A DNA stretch of 63,790 nucleotides, the filler included, from Aduncisulcus paluster (lineage: Eukaryota): assembly GCA_024181965.1 (NCBI GenBank). It is 12 parts of 12 records of this genome, joined end to end, with 100 filler letters (N's around TTAATTAATTAA, not from the genome) between each part and the next. Parts side by side here need not be neighbours in the genome. Positions count along the whole stretch, not along the records: positions 43,769 to 46,923 come from BQXS01011353.1; positions 47,024 to 50,185 come from BQXS01011354.1; positions 50,286 to 54,218 come from BQXS01011355.1; positions 54,319 to 57,601 come from BQXS01011356.1; 8 more parts are not named here. One strand, written 5' to 3'. Every line of letters begins with the position of its first letter. Position 1 is the stretch's first letter. Under the pieces are notes generated by a model. That model searched no databases. It saw only the letters and a list, made by a program, of their open reading frames with translations, and was not told the DNA's origin. Below are positions 43,769 to 57,701 of this stretch, in pieces. A program made the position numbers and the translations under genes.

Positions 43769-45094
43769 AACAGACTCATCGGACACACGCTTCATTTTCT
43801 CAATGATTAAATTCACAATGAGGTTAAGGGCTGCAAAGATGATAATGTTAGCAATAGCACCAAAAATAGCAACTAAAACATCGGACTCTTGGAAAGCGCT
43901 GAGATCGAGTCCTTCTCCACTCAGAGCTGCTCTTTGCATCTCAAATAACATCTGAAACATTGCTCCATATGGTAAAAATACGCATAGAATGACTACGACA
44001 GTGTTGGAAGGAGTCGTGAAACCAGTGATAAGGAACATGATGAGAGGGACAATGGATGATATAAGTGGAACGAATGAAGTGAAAGTCTCTGTCTTGCTGA
44101 AGAAACCAGTAACAAACGAATAGAACACAACACTTTCAATGACACAGAGTACCAGGAGAACTAAAAGAACAACGATATTGGTGTACGTGAATATGGTCAT
44201 ACCAGCTATGGCACAGATGATTACAGTGATAGCGTCCAAACCAGCGGCAAATACGGCATAAACTAACATCTCAGCAATCTTATAGGCACTCTTATTCACG
44301 CCAGCAAACACAAACATCTCCTCTGTCTCATTTTCCCTGAACTGCACAAATCTAAAAGCTGGAACAAAGGCGCTCTGTGCAAATATCATCATAAGCATCA
44401 TGACAACAATTGAGATGAAGATACGTCCGACCATGGTATCATATGGAAGAAAGGGGACAACAACGTCTCGCATAGAAATGGAAACGGATGTATTGGGAGT
44501 TGAAAAGGAGGCAGCTGGAGCATCAGCAAAGAAGGCCTCAGAGAGAGCAGCATGGGCCAGTGGTTGAGGGGATGGACTGTAATTATCAGACATATCGGAA
44601 GCAGAGCTGAATATATTGTTTGTAGCAAGACCCACATCCAAAACATCTCCGGGGGTATATGAATTGAAGTTAAACACTGCATCGGCACCATATTGTTTGA
44701 CTTCATCCAGAGCATTGTCAAGATTATCGACATACGTGATTTCTGGATAAACACCGCCAGACCAAGGATCTTCTTCCGTGTAAAAATGTGACATTAATCC
44801 AGGATAATACTCAGAGTCTGGGTCAGTGTCTCCTGTGGCATATCTATCTGAAGATATGGCAGTAATGGAAGTCAAAACATCGGGAGTAAATGAAGTGAGA
44901 TATGTATGCTCTGGAGAAATGCTACCAACATCTAATCCTTCCAATATCGGTATAAGAAGATAACTAAATAAAATAGCCATGACAGCATCAATCACAAGTG
45001 AAAATGCGTTAGTAAGAGCAACTTTCCACCGTCTCTTAATTATTAAGAACGTTAACCCGAATACAGCAGATATTTGAGTTCCAGTCTTGGTCAT
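43769..45094 (-). CDS. ABCA-type transporter N-terminal transmembrane domain (3'-truncated)
   Basis: TQISAVFGLTFLIIKRRWK start, TM1, large ectoloop, five further TMs, and an ENETEEMFVFAGV coupling-like motif. Confidence 0.7.
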
Positions 45095-45525
45095 ATTATA
45101 GTATGAGATGAATCACAATATATACTAAATATAAATACAAATTAAACGAACAATAAAGGGACAATACAAATGATATTATTCTCCAAATTGAAGAAATCAA
45201 CTGTCTGAAATCTTCATCTTCAATACGTTGTATTATTGATATTTTACAATATATATTAAGTAGAAAATCTACTATCTTATTATTATTATCGAATGAATCC
45301 TTGTTTTTTTGCTCAATGTGGCGTGGAGAATGGATTTTCTCTTCAAGAGATTTTCTGTTATCATTCCAAGACATTCTTCCATCACCCGTTTTTTTTCTTG
45401 GATTGGACAGGTTTTAATTTTTTTGAACTTGTTTGCTCATTTTTATTATATTTTCTCTTGAATTATATCTTTTATCCGAGTATTATTTCCCTTTTTATAC
45501 ATTCCATTTTACAAAGTGAATCAAC

Positions 45526-46923
45526 ATGACCGTAACAACATTCGAAACAAATGCTTTTTTTAAATATAAATTTAAAGAAATTTTGCAGCCCAGTTTCGTA
45601 TTTACTTTGATATTCATCAATTTAATTTTTGCAGTGTCTCAACTCTCGAGTTCTACTCTTTTTACTGACCAAAAATCCTTTGATTTTGAAACTGAACGTG
45701 TTAAAGTGTATGAATATTGCCATGAAGGGATTGGAAAACATCGTGGATACACTCCATGTTATGATTTCATCTATGCCCCCGCTGGAGATGCTATGGCTGA
45801 GGCTTTTGTGGATGAATTATCCAAAGATTTTACCAAATCATCATATGAACCCAATATTCTTTCTTTTGCCACCATTTCTGATCTTTCTGATTTCATCGAA
45901 GATGGTGATAATGATGGACACGTTAACTGTGGGTTTTATGTTACTCCTCCAGATGATCCAGCCATAAAGAATGATTATACCGTCACTTACTTGGCCCATT
46001 CCGATGTCGACACTGCCATGTCCGCTTGGATGATGACCGCTGATTCCTTTGGTGACTCTATCGCTGGTCTTGTCCAGGAACGTCTTACAAATCGTATGGT
46101 TGAAGAATTAATGCCTGCAGCCTCAGGAATCCATACCGAGTACTGTGCTTTACCCCAATTTGATATGCAACAAGTTGATACTGGAATCTCAGGGTTTCTT
46201 GGCCAGTATGCCGTGTTCTTTGCCACGCTATATGTTAGTGTTAACCTCGTTAAAGATAAGAAAGATGGCCGCAGACCATTCGTCCAAGGCTCAGGTCTTC
46301 AATCTCTCCCTCGTTTCCTCGCCTCCTCCCTGCTGATCCTTTTCTGGGGTTTGGTTGGTGTATTCATTGTATCTGCTGCATGCTATGCTCTCCTGATATT
46401 CCATTCTTTTGAGGACTTTTACATGTGCTTGTTCGCTGCCGTCATCCATTGGCTCTGGCTTGCTCCATGTGCAATGACCCTGACTGCGCTATTCTCTCGT
46501 GAAGACGCATTCTCAATAGCTTCAGTGTTTATTCTGCTTATTATCCCTCTCCTGTACATCATTCCCTTGACAATTGATACAGGAAGTGTCGACAAGAAGG
46601 TTAACAATGTATTCTTTGCTATTCTGATCATTTTGGTGCCTGGGTTTGGTGCACAGCATGTGATCACTTTGCTGGAATCACCTGAATATGGACAGCCCAT
46701 TGTTCCTGGCGGATCTCCTTTGATGCCCCCTATCTGGACTGGGATAGTTGGTGTTGGGTGGCAGTTTGTGTTCCTCTGTGTCCTTGCTCTGGTCGGAGAT
46801 AACTCTTGGAAGACATCCACAAACAACCCTATTCCTGTGAAACTATCCCTGATGAGCATGTTTGCCCCAACCTATGTCACTCTTGGAGGACACAAACATC
46901 ATCATCAGAAGAAACCATCGGTT
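45526..46923 (+). CDS. ABCA-type transporter N-terminal transmembrane domain (3'-truncated)
   Basis: TM1, ectoloop (CYDFIYAP), LVKDKKDGRRPFVQGSGL resembling ABCA VxEKExxLKxxMxxMGL, further TMs. Confidence 0.7.
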
Positions 46924-47023
46924 NNNNNNNNNNNNNNNNNNNNNNNNNNNNNNNNNNNNNNNNNNNNTTAATTAATTAANNNNNNNNNNNNNNNNNNNNN
47001 NNNNNNNNNNNNNNNNNNNNNNN

Positions 47024-48334
47024 CCCAAGAACATCAGATTTCTGAGGATCCTTCCCGTTGTACACAAACGAGCGATCAGCAATGTCCACTTTCCGTCCCT
47101 TGGAGAGATGAATAGCAGCATATGAGGAAGAATTACGAGCGACCGATTGAAGAGGGTAAGGAGATCCTGTAGCACTTCCCGATGAGGCCTTATGGTCAGA
47201 GTAAAGGGTGCCATCCGTACTGTAAATGGGCTGGGCGTGTCCAATGATCTCCTGATAGATCGTAGGAGTGTGCAGAGCTGGGGGAGGACTTGACATGGGC
47301 ACGACAAACTTAATCCCATCTTTCTCGACAGTCTGACGTTCGCTCATAGGAGTATGCATGTATCCAGATGGAATATGAGGAGATGTGTGCCCAACGGGGG
47401 ATAAATACGAGTGAGTTCCTGCCAGCTGGCGCTGTCTTTTGACAATTTGTTTGCTTCTAGGATTCAAGGAAGGCTTAAAGCTGCATGATTCCTGCTTTGA
47501 ATCTTTGTATTTAATTTGCAGTTTCTCAATGCGCTCAGTTTCATGTTTGGTGTAACCCAATGAGATTTCGATCAGTGATTTCCTTTTAGTCATTGTTGAT
47601 GGAGAGAATGCGTCGGATTTAAGTCCATCACGCAGGGGAGAATTCACAATTTCCCCAGATGCAGTCGGGTGACCTGTGAAAGACTTCAGCTGATCATCCA
47701 GCTCTCTCTGGACCCTTTCCTGTCTTTTCTTTATCATTCTTTCACTCCTATAATAAGCGTTTGGTACCTCTTTCGAGTGAGTAGTATGTTTCTGACGTTC
47801 AAGCTCCATGGTGAGATCATCATCTTCCCGCATTAGCTTAGCTGATTTCATTTTATGTTTTTCCAACCAATCTCTTTTTTCCAAAAGTTGTTCCCTTGAT
47901 TTATGAAGAGGATCACGAACTTCTTTCTTCTTGTCTTCAAAATATTGGTTGGATTTCACGGGGAATCGTTCGGGAACAGCAATCGGAGTTCCATCAGAAT
48001 CTTTCTTAGTTGTTTCTAATTTCGGGTGTTTCCAAACAGATCTATCTTCATACATAAGTTGTCTGGGCGATTTAAACTTTGGTGGGGGAGTTCCAGATTT
48101 AGTGGGAGTAGGAGCATCTTTTGAAACTTTTAAAGGAACTTTACCCGGCATTCTTGGTTGATATAAAGGTAAACCATCATTATCATCGATAGGAAACAGT
48201 TCATTTCTCCATTTTTCTAAATCTTTGGCTTCTTTCTTCTGCATATATTCCTGATACATTCTTTCACCAGCTGCAGCAGCAGTAAATCCGGGAGTACTGC
48301 CAGAAGATTCTACAAATGATGTTTTTTTATACAT
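47024..48334 (-). CDS. Hypothetical coiled-coil protein with CSFKPxLN-type motifs, 3'-truncated (possibly cytoskeletal/ciliary)
   Basis: GERMYQE, LYQPRM, SFTGHP, SCSFKPSLNPRSKQI. Confidence 0.7.
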
Positions 48335-49164
48335 ATATCTGCAATAGAACTGTCAAAATGGATCCTTTGATGAGTCTGCAAAATATCATGATATTTTTCA
48401 TAATATTTTCTTAGTATGGAATAATAAAACACGTGTAATTTTATTGATTTATTTTATTTGTATTTTTAGTAGCCGATAGCCCTTCATAAAAATAACTTGG
48501 AAAATATCAATTTCACAAATTATTGGAATTAATTTTCCACCTCATTGTCAAATTTATTTCACAATATTCGTAAATTAGTACAAGTATACGGGTGGCAATA
48601 GGTTTATTCCGGAATTCGGACTCTGGAGATCGTGTTCTCTTGTAGTGAGGCATGTACATCTCATTTTATTCGCCATCATCAGGTATGAACTGGGGTCTAC
48701 CTTTGAGGGATAACCTAGATACTCATTGTGAGTGAGAGGGGACCTCATTGGAGGCCCTTGATGGCATTCACAATCTAGAAGGAATATATAATGCAGAATC
48801 TCCATTGTATTTCCAAAAAAACATTCTCGTAAAAACACCAAAAAGCATTGAATCGCAATTTCTATTATGATGCTGGATGATAGATCTATAAGACTTCGGG
48901 CTAACGAATAAACAAATTTAATATTGTTTCAAGTAAGTTTAACATATGAAAAATGATATGAAATGCAGATAGTACCAGGAGCTATACGCCAGTCACTCAA
49001 AAGGCAGACAAAACATCTAACACAAGCAACAATATATAATTTTATCAACAAAATATATAATTGCATCTTCAGCCTTATATTATCCAAAGAAAATACACAT
49101 TAATGTGCATTTTAATTTGTTTTAAAACATTACAAGTTGTTTTATGATTTGGCTTATCTCAAAG

Positions 49165-50185
49165 ATGGTGAAAGAACAAAATAGGTCTTCACAATCAAAG
49201 GGCGAAGAATCTAAGGGAGAAAAGAAATTTCAACAGAAGAAATCCCAGAAACCGAAGAGAGTTAAAAAGCGCCGTGATAGTAAGAGTGGAGAGGGCCCTA
49301 ATAAGACAGTTAAAATCGATAAATCCGTTAAATCACTTGACGAAATACCCGCAAAACCAGTTAAAAAGCTTATAAAGCCTCATAAACAATCCATTTCCAA
49401 GAAAGAAAACAGTCAGATCACTTCAGACAAGATTGGTGGTAATTCGCATGTTTCTGGCAAGAAATCGATTAAAAATTCAACCTCTCAATCGAAACAGCTA
49501 AAAGAATCTCAAATAGATGATGAAATTATTCAATTTGGAACTTCTAACGTTTCTTCAAAAGCTAAGAAGGTAAAAGGGAAACAATCCAAAAAGAAAACTG
49601 TTTCTCCTGTTAATTCCTCCGATGATAATCCTAAACAACCAAAAGATACTATTGCTCCACGTGAAAGTGAATTAGTTTCAGAAAAAGCTAAAAAAACACA
49701 AAAAAAGCAAAAGAATTCCAAAAAATCGTCTATGACAGCTAAAAAGACCAAATCAGTAGCTTTTATTGAACCAGAATCAAATCCATCCAGCTCCAAATCA
49801 GATTCTATCCCTTATGAAGATACTAAGGACAAAGAACAACAAAAAAAAGAGAAAAAACGTGAAAAAGCAAGAAAAAGGAAAGAACGTAAGAGACAAAAGA
49901 AGGAAGGAGAGTCAAGATCATCTTCTGAGGGAAAAGAAGAGGAAAAAGACTCTGCTGATATCAAAGAAAAGCCTATTGTTCCATTGAGCGACACTATTTT
50001 GAAGGATTCTTCCTCCACCTTTTCAAAGAAGTCATCCAAATCTGTTCCATCCTCTAACTTAACTCCTATCATACCAAACCCCAGTATTACTGATCCTTCC
50101 ATTACTGACAGTCCCGTTGTCTCCAAAGAACATGACCCATACGCATCCCCAGGATATTGTCTGTATGCCGAGTCGTCCTCAGACT
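49165..50185 (+). CDS. Lys/Ser-rich low-complexity protein, N-terminal fragment
   Basis: Open ORF to the linker; start codon uncertain (49144 or 49165). Confidence 0.75.
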
Positions 50186-50285
50186 NNNNNNNNNNNNNNN
50201 NNNNNNNNNNNNNNNNNNNNNNNNNNNNNTTAATTAATTAANNNNNNNNNNNNNNNNNNNNNNNNNNNNNNNNNNNNNNNNNNNN

Positions 50286-50796
50286 GAGACAGAGCCTAAT
50301 ATCGGGGTAAATTATACATGACAAACAACAATCAACACAATAAAACGATCCAAAACACTTTCATGCCAATATTTCAATGGAACGAGGTTTGTACTGTCAC
50401 CAAGAAGCCACTCAAACGTAAAAGAATCACTATCATAGTGATGCTCATGATCTTGGGGAACGAATCGAAGAAGAGACAGATAATAGCATGCAACAGTTAG
50501 CATAGTCAAAGAAAATCCCAATGTAACCCACAACAAAATGATTTATTCACTAAGATACGAACAAACAACTTGTTGAACAAGACCATGGCAGTTAGAAACG
50601 AACATTTATTGAATGAATTTGGAAATACCTTACTTCTTACCCTTATTCACCTTTCCAGCCTTGAAATATATGATATCACCGTCTTTCACCTTGTAAGTCT
50701 TACCCTGTTGGAGGTATTTACCTTCAGCCTTAACTTGGGTTTCTCCACCGCAACGTTCAAAGTCCTCAAATGACATGATCTCAGCACAGATAAATC
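50286..50796 (-). repeat. 511-nt inverted copy of 53662-54172 (OLA1 3' end plus downstream DNA)
   Basis: Reverse-complement match; the track shows identical mirror ORFs at both places. Confidence 0.95.
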
Positions 50797-50845
50797 TGTG
50801 AGATTGAATGACTCATATATTCCTTTATTAAAATTTCTTTGGATT

Positions 50846-51486
<641 letters not shown>

Positions 51487-51978
51487 TGTAATGTCTTCAA
51501 ATGGTTTTTCGAGAAAAGGATTCCTGTGAAAAATTGGTCTACCAACCTCAGAGAGAAACACCTTTTTATGAAAATTCGATTCAAAAAAATGAATAAAATC
51601 AACTTAATCTTTTTCTTTTATAGGTTTGTTTGATTCATAAATTCATTTGTTTTGGTTTTTACCCTGTACTCATAATCTCGATCTTAGAATATATATAAAG
51701 ATAAAAAGGGGTGAAGTCAGTAAACTCAATAATTATTTCTGGACATCAAATAATGAAATTGGATTTAGATAGTAGAATAAACCATATCTCATTGTATTAG
51801 AATATTATTAATCATTGACCGCAAAGAATATTATTATCTTTTCAATTCATTAAAATGTTATAATTTTTATTCGTTTTATCTTCCTCTGAAGAAGGTATAA
51901 ACCTTGCTTCTTCTTCTTCTCAGATCTATCTTATTTTAGAAATCCTTTCTTTTTCCCTTGTTTGCTTCTATCGATCCG

Positions 51979-52483
51979 ATGGGTATGCTATACTATATGC
52001 TTTTCATGTTATTTTTCTAATAGGATTATAATTTTATAATATCTTATCTAATCTCATCTCTATTTTCGATATTTCTCCCCACATTGATTAACTTATCATT
52101 TCATTGTTATTTGATTATGATCATCCCTTCTTCTCTTATTATTCACTATTTAATATATTTTTCAATTTGTTTTTAGCTCGTATTCACGGTTCTCTTGCAG
52201 GTGCTGGTAAAGTTCGTGGTCAGACCCCCAAGGTCGAAAAGTCAGACAAGAAACGCCCAAAGTTCGGTCGTGCTCGTAAGAGGATGCTCTACAACAAACG
52301 TATGTTTTTATAAATTGTATTTAAACAGGATTTTTGATTCATCTCCCTTTCTCACTTCATTTCTTCTCTATTTCTTCTTAATTTTATTATACTTTTATTT
52401 ACTATGGTCATTATTATTTTATTTCAGGTTTTGTTTCTGCTTCCTCTGACTCCCGTCGTGGTCCTAACTCCAACGGTAAATAA
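51979..52483 (+). CDS. RPS30: 40S ribosomal protein S30 (eS30, 60 aa, 2 introns, no ubiquitin-like fusion)
   Basis: Exons 51979-51982, 52177-52299, 52428-52483 give [21 protein letters not shown]...RMLYNKRFV...GPNSNGK. Confidence 0.95.
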
Positions 52484-52655
52484 GTCAATTCAGCTCTAAG
52501 TAAAGATTAGCCATACAATCAAACATTATTCTTCTTCTAATTGGTTGTTAATTGATTAATTTTGAGTCTCTTTATTGTTTCCTATTCATATATATGCAGG
52601 GTTTCTATTTTTGGATAAGTGGATTGATTGTTCAATTTTTTTGTCAATTAGGAGA

Positions 52656-53828
52656 ATGGCAAAAAAAATAGTTGAAGAAGAAAGTTTCCCTTTGTTAGGA
52701 CGTTGTAAAAATAGGCTTTCTATGGGTTTGGTAGGTCTTCCTAATGTTGGAAAGAGTCTCATTTTTAATTGCCTGACCAAGTGTGAAGTTCCCTCTGAAA
52801 ATTTCCCTTTTTGTACCATTGATCCCCATGTTGCTCGTGTGAATGTTCCTGATCCCCGTTATGAGCATTTAGTTGAAAAATACAAGCCCAAATCTCGTGT
52901 CCCAGCTTTCTTGGAAGTAACCGATATTGCTGGACTCGTTAAGGGTGCTAGTGAAGGTGCTGGTCTCGGAAATGCTTTCCTTTCAAATATTGCCGCTGTT
53001 GATGGTATCTTCCATGTTGTCAGAGCTTTTAAGGATCCAACCGTTACTCATGTTGAAGGTGATGTTAATCCAACCAGAGATATGGAAATTATCCATTCAG
53101 AGCTCCGTGCTAAAGATCTTCAAAACGTAAAGGCTAGAGTTGAGGAAGCTGAACGTATTATTCGTTGTGGTATTGACAAGAAACAGAAGTTTGTGCTCGA
53201 GGTTCTTGAGAAATGTGTTACTTGCCTTGAAAGTGGAAAAGATATCCGTAATGGTGAGTGGAAGGCTTCCGATATTGAAGTTATTAATGATTGTCATTTC
53301 CTCACTGCCAAGCCTGTTATATATCTTATTAACATGAGTGAGAAGGGATACCTGAAGAAAAAATGCAAATATTTGAAGGATATTGTTGAATGGGTTGCTG
53401 CTCATGGAGCTCACCCTCTTATTCCTTTCTGTGCTTCGTTCGAGGCTAAATTACTTGATATGAACCCTGATGATGCTAAGAAGGCATTGGCAGAAGCTAA
53501 AACAATCTCTCAAATTGAACGTATGATCCTTGAAGGTCGTAGACAACTTCATTTGATCCAGTTCTTTACTGCTGGAACTGACGAGGTTAAATCATGGACC
53601 ATTCGTGAGGGAACAAAAGCTCCTCAGGCTGGAGGTGTCATTCATACCGATTTTGAGAAAGGATTTATCTGTGCTGAGATCATGTCATTTGAGGACTTTG
53701 AACGTTGCGGTGGAGAAACCCAAGTTAAGGCTGAAGGTAAATACCTCCAACAGGGTAAGACTTACAAGGTGAAAGACGGTGATATCATATATTTCAAGGC
53801 TGGAAAGGTGAATAAGGGTAAGAAGTAA
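52656..53828 (+). CDS. OLA1: Obg-like ATPase 1 (YchF/OLA1)
   Basis: GLVGLPNVGKS, NFPFCTIDP, DIAGLVKGASEGAGLGNAFL, TGS-domain APQAGGVIHTDFEKGFI. Confidence 0.97.
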   Translation: MAKKIVEEESFPLLGRCKNRLSMGLVGLPNVGKSLIFNCLTKCEVPSENFPFCTIDPHVARVNVPDPRYEHLVEKYKPKSRVPAFLEVTDIAGLVKGASEGAGLGNAFLSNIAAVDGIFHVVRAFKDPTVTHVEGDVNPTRDMEIIHSELRAKDLQNVKARVEEAERIIRCGIDKKQKFVLEVLEKCVTCLESGKDIRNGEWKASDIEVINDCHFLTAKPVIYLINMSEKGYLKKKCKYLKDIVEWVAAHGAHPLIPFCASFEAKLLDMNPDDAKKALAEAKTISQIERMILEGRRQLHLIQFFTAGTDEVKSWTIREGTKAPQAGGVIHTDFEKGFICAEIMSFEDFERCGGETQVKAEGKYLQQGKTYKVKDGDIIYFKAGKVNKGKK

Positions 53829-54318
53829 GGTATTTCCAAATTCATTCAATAAATGTTCGTTTCTAACTGCCATGGTCTTGTTCAACAAGTTGTTTGTTCG
53901 TATCTTAGTGAATAAATCATTTTGTTGTGGGTTACATTGGGATTTTCTTTGACTATGCTAACTGTTGCATGCTATTATCTGTCTCTTCTTCGATTCGTTC
54001 CCCAAGATCATGAGCATCACTATGATAGTGATTCTTTTACGTTTGAGTGGCTTCTTGGTGACAGTACAAACCTCGTTCCATTGAAATATTGGCATGAAAG
54101 TGTTTTGGATCGTTTTATTGTGTTGATTGTTGTTTGTCATGTATAATTTACCCCGATATTAGGCTCTGTCTCCTTGTGTCATTCGTAAGTCAACTTTACG
54201 GGATTACTTTGGAATTATNNNNNNNNNNNNNNNNNNNNNNNNNNNNNNNNNNNNNNNNNNNNTTAATTAATTAANNNNNNNNNNNNNNNNNNNNNNNNNN
54301 NNNNNNNNNNNNNNNNNN

Positions 54319-55830
54319 ATCATGAACTCCACACACATCCATCACGAGGATCTCAAGAGTGGGACAGAATGTTTGCGAACCCGAATGTCTATTTATATCC
54401 TCAACTTTCTCATCTTCCTCTTCATCTTCCTCTCCATCATCTTCTCTCTTTCCTTCTTCTCCCTCACTTTCCACATCGACTTCAATATCAGTTGAGTTCT
54501 TCCGCCATTCTCTTCTTTTCCTCCTTTCTACATAAATCGTGGCATTTCCAAGGCCCCATACACACCACACACCAACACAGTCACCAACACAGACAGTGCA
54601 GACACTGCCACTTCTAAAACACATAGTAATGACATACACACATCCACAGATTGCCAGAGCAAGGGTACAAGCGGTCTCCTGAGGGTTCAGAGAGACAAAC
54701 ATTAGCGTAGGGGAGAGATACTCAAGGGGAGGGTATGGAATGGATGAGAGAATAGGAAACATGAGAGAATGCCGGATAAAGGGAAGAATAGAAGTCATCG
54801 GAGACTCGTGCCATGAACAACGAAGGACAGACTCATACCCACCACCAATACCTCCACTAAAACTCACTCCAGCAGAGTGTGAAGATGAGAAGGAAGGTGA
54901 AGCTGAGCTCTCTGCATTTATATGCCGAGTAAATGAAGAAAACCGAAGCTTATCTCCAAAATCGATCTCAATAGGGTTTATATTCTCCAATTGGAGCTTT
55001 CTACCCACACCTACGCACCGGTCAAGGATCGGAATGGCCGTTGAGATCATTACTTTGGGTATACCAAGCATTGTAATTCCAATAATATCCAAAGTGTGCG
55101 AATGCATCTCTTTTCTGGATAATAATCCAACTGAAGACTTATATTTAATGACATATAGCCTATTTGTTCGAGGGGAATAGTATGAGAAAAGGAATTTAAA
55201 CGTTTTCTCAGGATATATGGTTACAAGGTCTTTTATCATGATTCCCTCTTCAACTTCCTGTTGTGCACCCCCATGACGCTGTGGAACTTCTCGATATGTA
55301 AAAGAAATAGATTTAATAATTGCATTATTTGGACTAAGAAACAAAAGCCGGAGTAGGCCATCTTTCCTTTGTGGTGGCTTTGGCAAAATATATAAATTAT
55401 ATGGGTCTAAACTCTCTTTTCCAATTATTTGAGGTTTTCTTCCAATATTCATTATGACTGGAGTAAAAAATAGGCCTGGTTGAGTTTTCAAAATCTCAAA
55501 AGGAAGAGGGGGTTCGGTTGGGGGGTTCTCGCCCGATTCCAGAAATTCAATATCTCTAATCACCACGTGGTCAAGACTTACAAGGACTAAAGCCACGGAT
55601 TTAACCTTAGAACATATTGACGCTGAATATATTCTACAAGAATGACTCATTTGAAGTAATATGATTGGTGGCGAACTTGGACGATCATTGTCAATTAAAT
55701 ATAAAATAGAAATTGTGTTATTTCCCTTCCCTTTACGTTCAGATACAAGCAATGTCAATTGCTCATCAAAGAGTCCCACCACTCTACTATTTGGCAGGGA
55801 ACTCCCATTAATGTCCAATAGTTCGAACAT
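54319..55830 (-). CDS. Hypothetical beta-rich protein, possibly GSAP/pigeon-like N-terminus (3'-truncated)
   Basis: IYSASICSKVKSVALVL and FLFSYYSPRTNRLYVI recall GSAP VFSCSVNSERTLLA and FVWAQWDMSEQRLYYI; weak. Confidence 0.6.
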
Positions 55831-56029
55831 TTTCCTTCAATTTTGTTATTTAAAAAGGTTTTGTGGGTTTCAAAGAAGTCGTTTTTGTCTAGCACCTGTT
55901 CTGAAAGAATAAATTTATTTTTCTTTATGGAAGTGCAAGTTTGTATCCAAATAAATTTTAATATTTCGATTTAAACTCCATATTATTTTGGATTTTTCAG
56001 ACTACCCTTTTTTTCTTGCTACCTCTGTA

Positions 56030-57601
56030 ATGGAGCAGGTTATTGAGCTCCTAACTCAGAAAAGTCCACCCGTATGTTGAAACTTGACGTTTTTTCATTT
56101 CATTTTTTTCGTTCTCTTCTTATTTTACTGATTGATTCATTTTATCCATTATTGGCCAATTTTTAACTTTAGGAATCAGTTATAAACGCAATTGGACAAG
56201 TATTTAGACAAGGAAATGAGGATATGCTTGTTCAATTTCTTACTCTTATTCGGCATCGTTCTGGAAACATTCAAAGTGATTCAGTTTTAGAAAAATTATT
56301 AGAATTTCGTTGGAGGATATCGTCGAAAGTGAACGAAGCATATGGCCAATGTTTATTAACTCTAATATCAGCCCATCCTACTTTATTCCTTCCTTTCCTT
56401 CAAGCTTTTTTACCGACTCTCTCGTATGATATTCTCCCGATTGAGGACATGTCCGGAGAAGAAGTCATCCGTGCTTCTCCAGCTCAATCTCATAAATTTA
56501 CTAAAATGATTATTGTGAAAGCTTGTCAATTATGCCCTCAAGCTAATAGTAAGGCCATATTCCCGATTTCTAAAGCATTTCCAGAGCTTTCTGTTCCACC
56601 TCAACTCCATAAAACCTATCTTGAAGGCCTATTATACATATGTTGCCGTGTTCGAGGCATGAGAGAAATTGTTCTCAGGACTGTCATCCAAAAAATGATG
56701 GATATTGACGTGATATGTGAGAAAAACAAGCAAGAATTCCTCAAACATGGAGATATTAGCAAAGATACTCACTCCAGTGGTCCGCTCTCCCTCCTTGACC
56801 TTGGAGGAAAAGATGAGGAGGATTACCTTGGCTCTGTGCTCAGTGCTGGGAGTCTAGGCCAGCCCTTCTCCTCCTCCTCCTCCTCCTCCATGCCATCCCT
56901 TGCGTACAAGAAGTCTCAGCAGACCCTTGAGATCATGGATGTTTACTTATCAGGAATGTTTGACATGATGTTGAATGTATCGTGTGCAAAGTCAGAGAGC
57001 AGAGGTGGATCAATTATCACGAGTGCTCGATCATCTCCATCACTTTCCAGTGCACCAATCCCTGCTGCAACCGTTGTAGCTGCTGCATTTGCTCGTCTTA
57101 GTACCAGCGACACTCCATCGTACTCCTCCTCACCCTCGTTGTCTGGAATGGCCAGCAGTGGCATATCCATGCCTCGTTCAACCTCTTTCCCCCATCTTTC
57201 ATCCACTTCATCCACGCCTCCATCCCAGCCCCTAGCCTCTCTATTCAAGTCTATTCTATCTGTGTCTTCATTGCTCTTGCACTCTCCTTCCCTCGCTTAC
57301 ACACCATTCTTACTCTTCTTCATATCATCCTTGCACCCATCTTTCTCAAGGAAACTAACTTCTCACTTTCTCAGACTATTTTTAACTTCAGGTTCAACTT
57401 CCTCCTCCTCTTCCTCCTCTTCCTCTTCTTCTTCTTCCTTTGCTTCATCTAGTTCTGTGACATCTTCATCAGACACTGGTATCCGTATCGTTGCTGCTTC
57501 ATACCTTGCCTCCTTCCTTTCACGTTCCATGTTCTCCCCTGTGACCTTACTGAAGGAGTGCATTGGTCTCCTCATTCGGTGGTGCAAGACTTATGTGCGT
57601 G
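56030..57601 (+). CDS. RRN3: RNA polymerase I initiation factor RRN3 (spliced, 3'-truncated)
   Basis: Exon 56030-56071, intron 56072-56172 (GTATGT...TAG); VLRTVIQKMMDIDV and RIVAASYLASFLSRS...LLIRWCKTY. Confidence 0.88.
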
Positions 57602-57701
57602 NNNNNNNNNNNNNNNNNNNNNNNNNNNNNNNNNNNNNNNNNNNNTTAATTAATTAANNNNNNNNNNNNNNNNNNNNNNNNNNNNNNNNNNNNNNNNNNN
57701 N

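Noticed and set aside
48575-48841. Relatively GC-rich intergenic island (ncRNA or small gene?)
   Set aside because: No snRNA, RNase P/MRP or SRP motif recognised and the ORF is unrecognisable; needs Infernal or RNA-seq.
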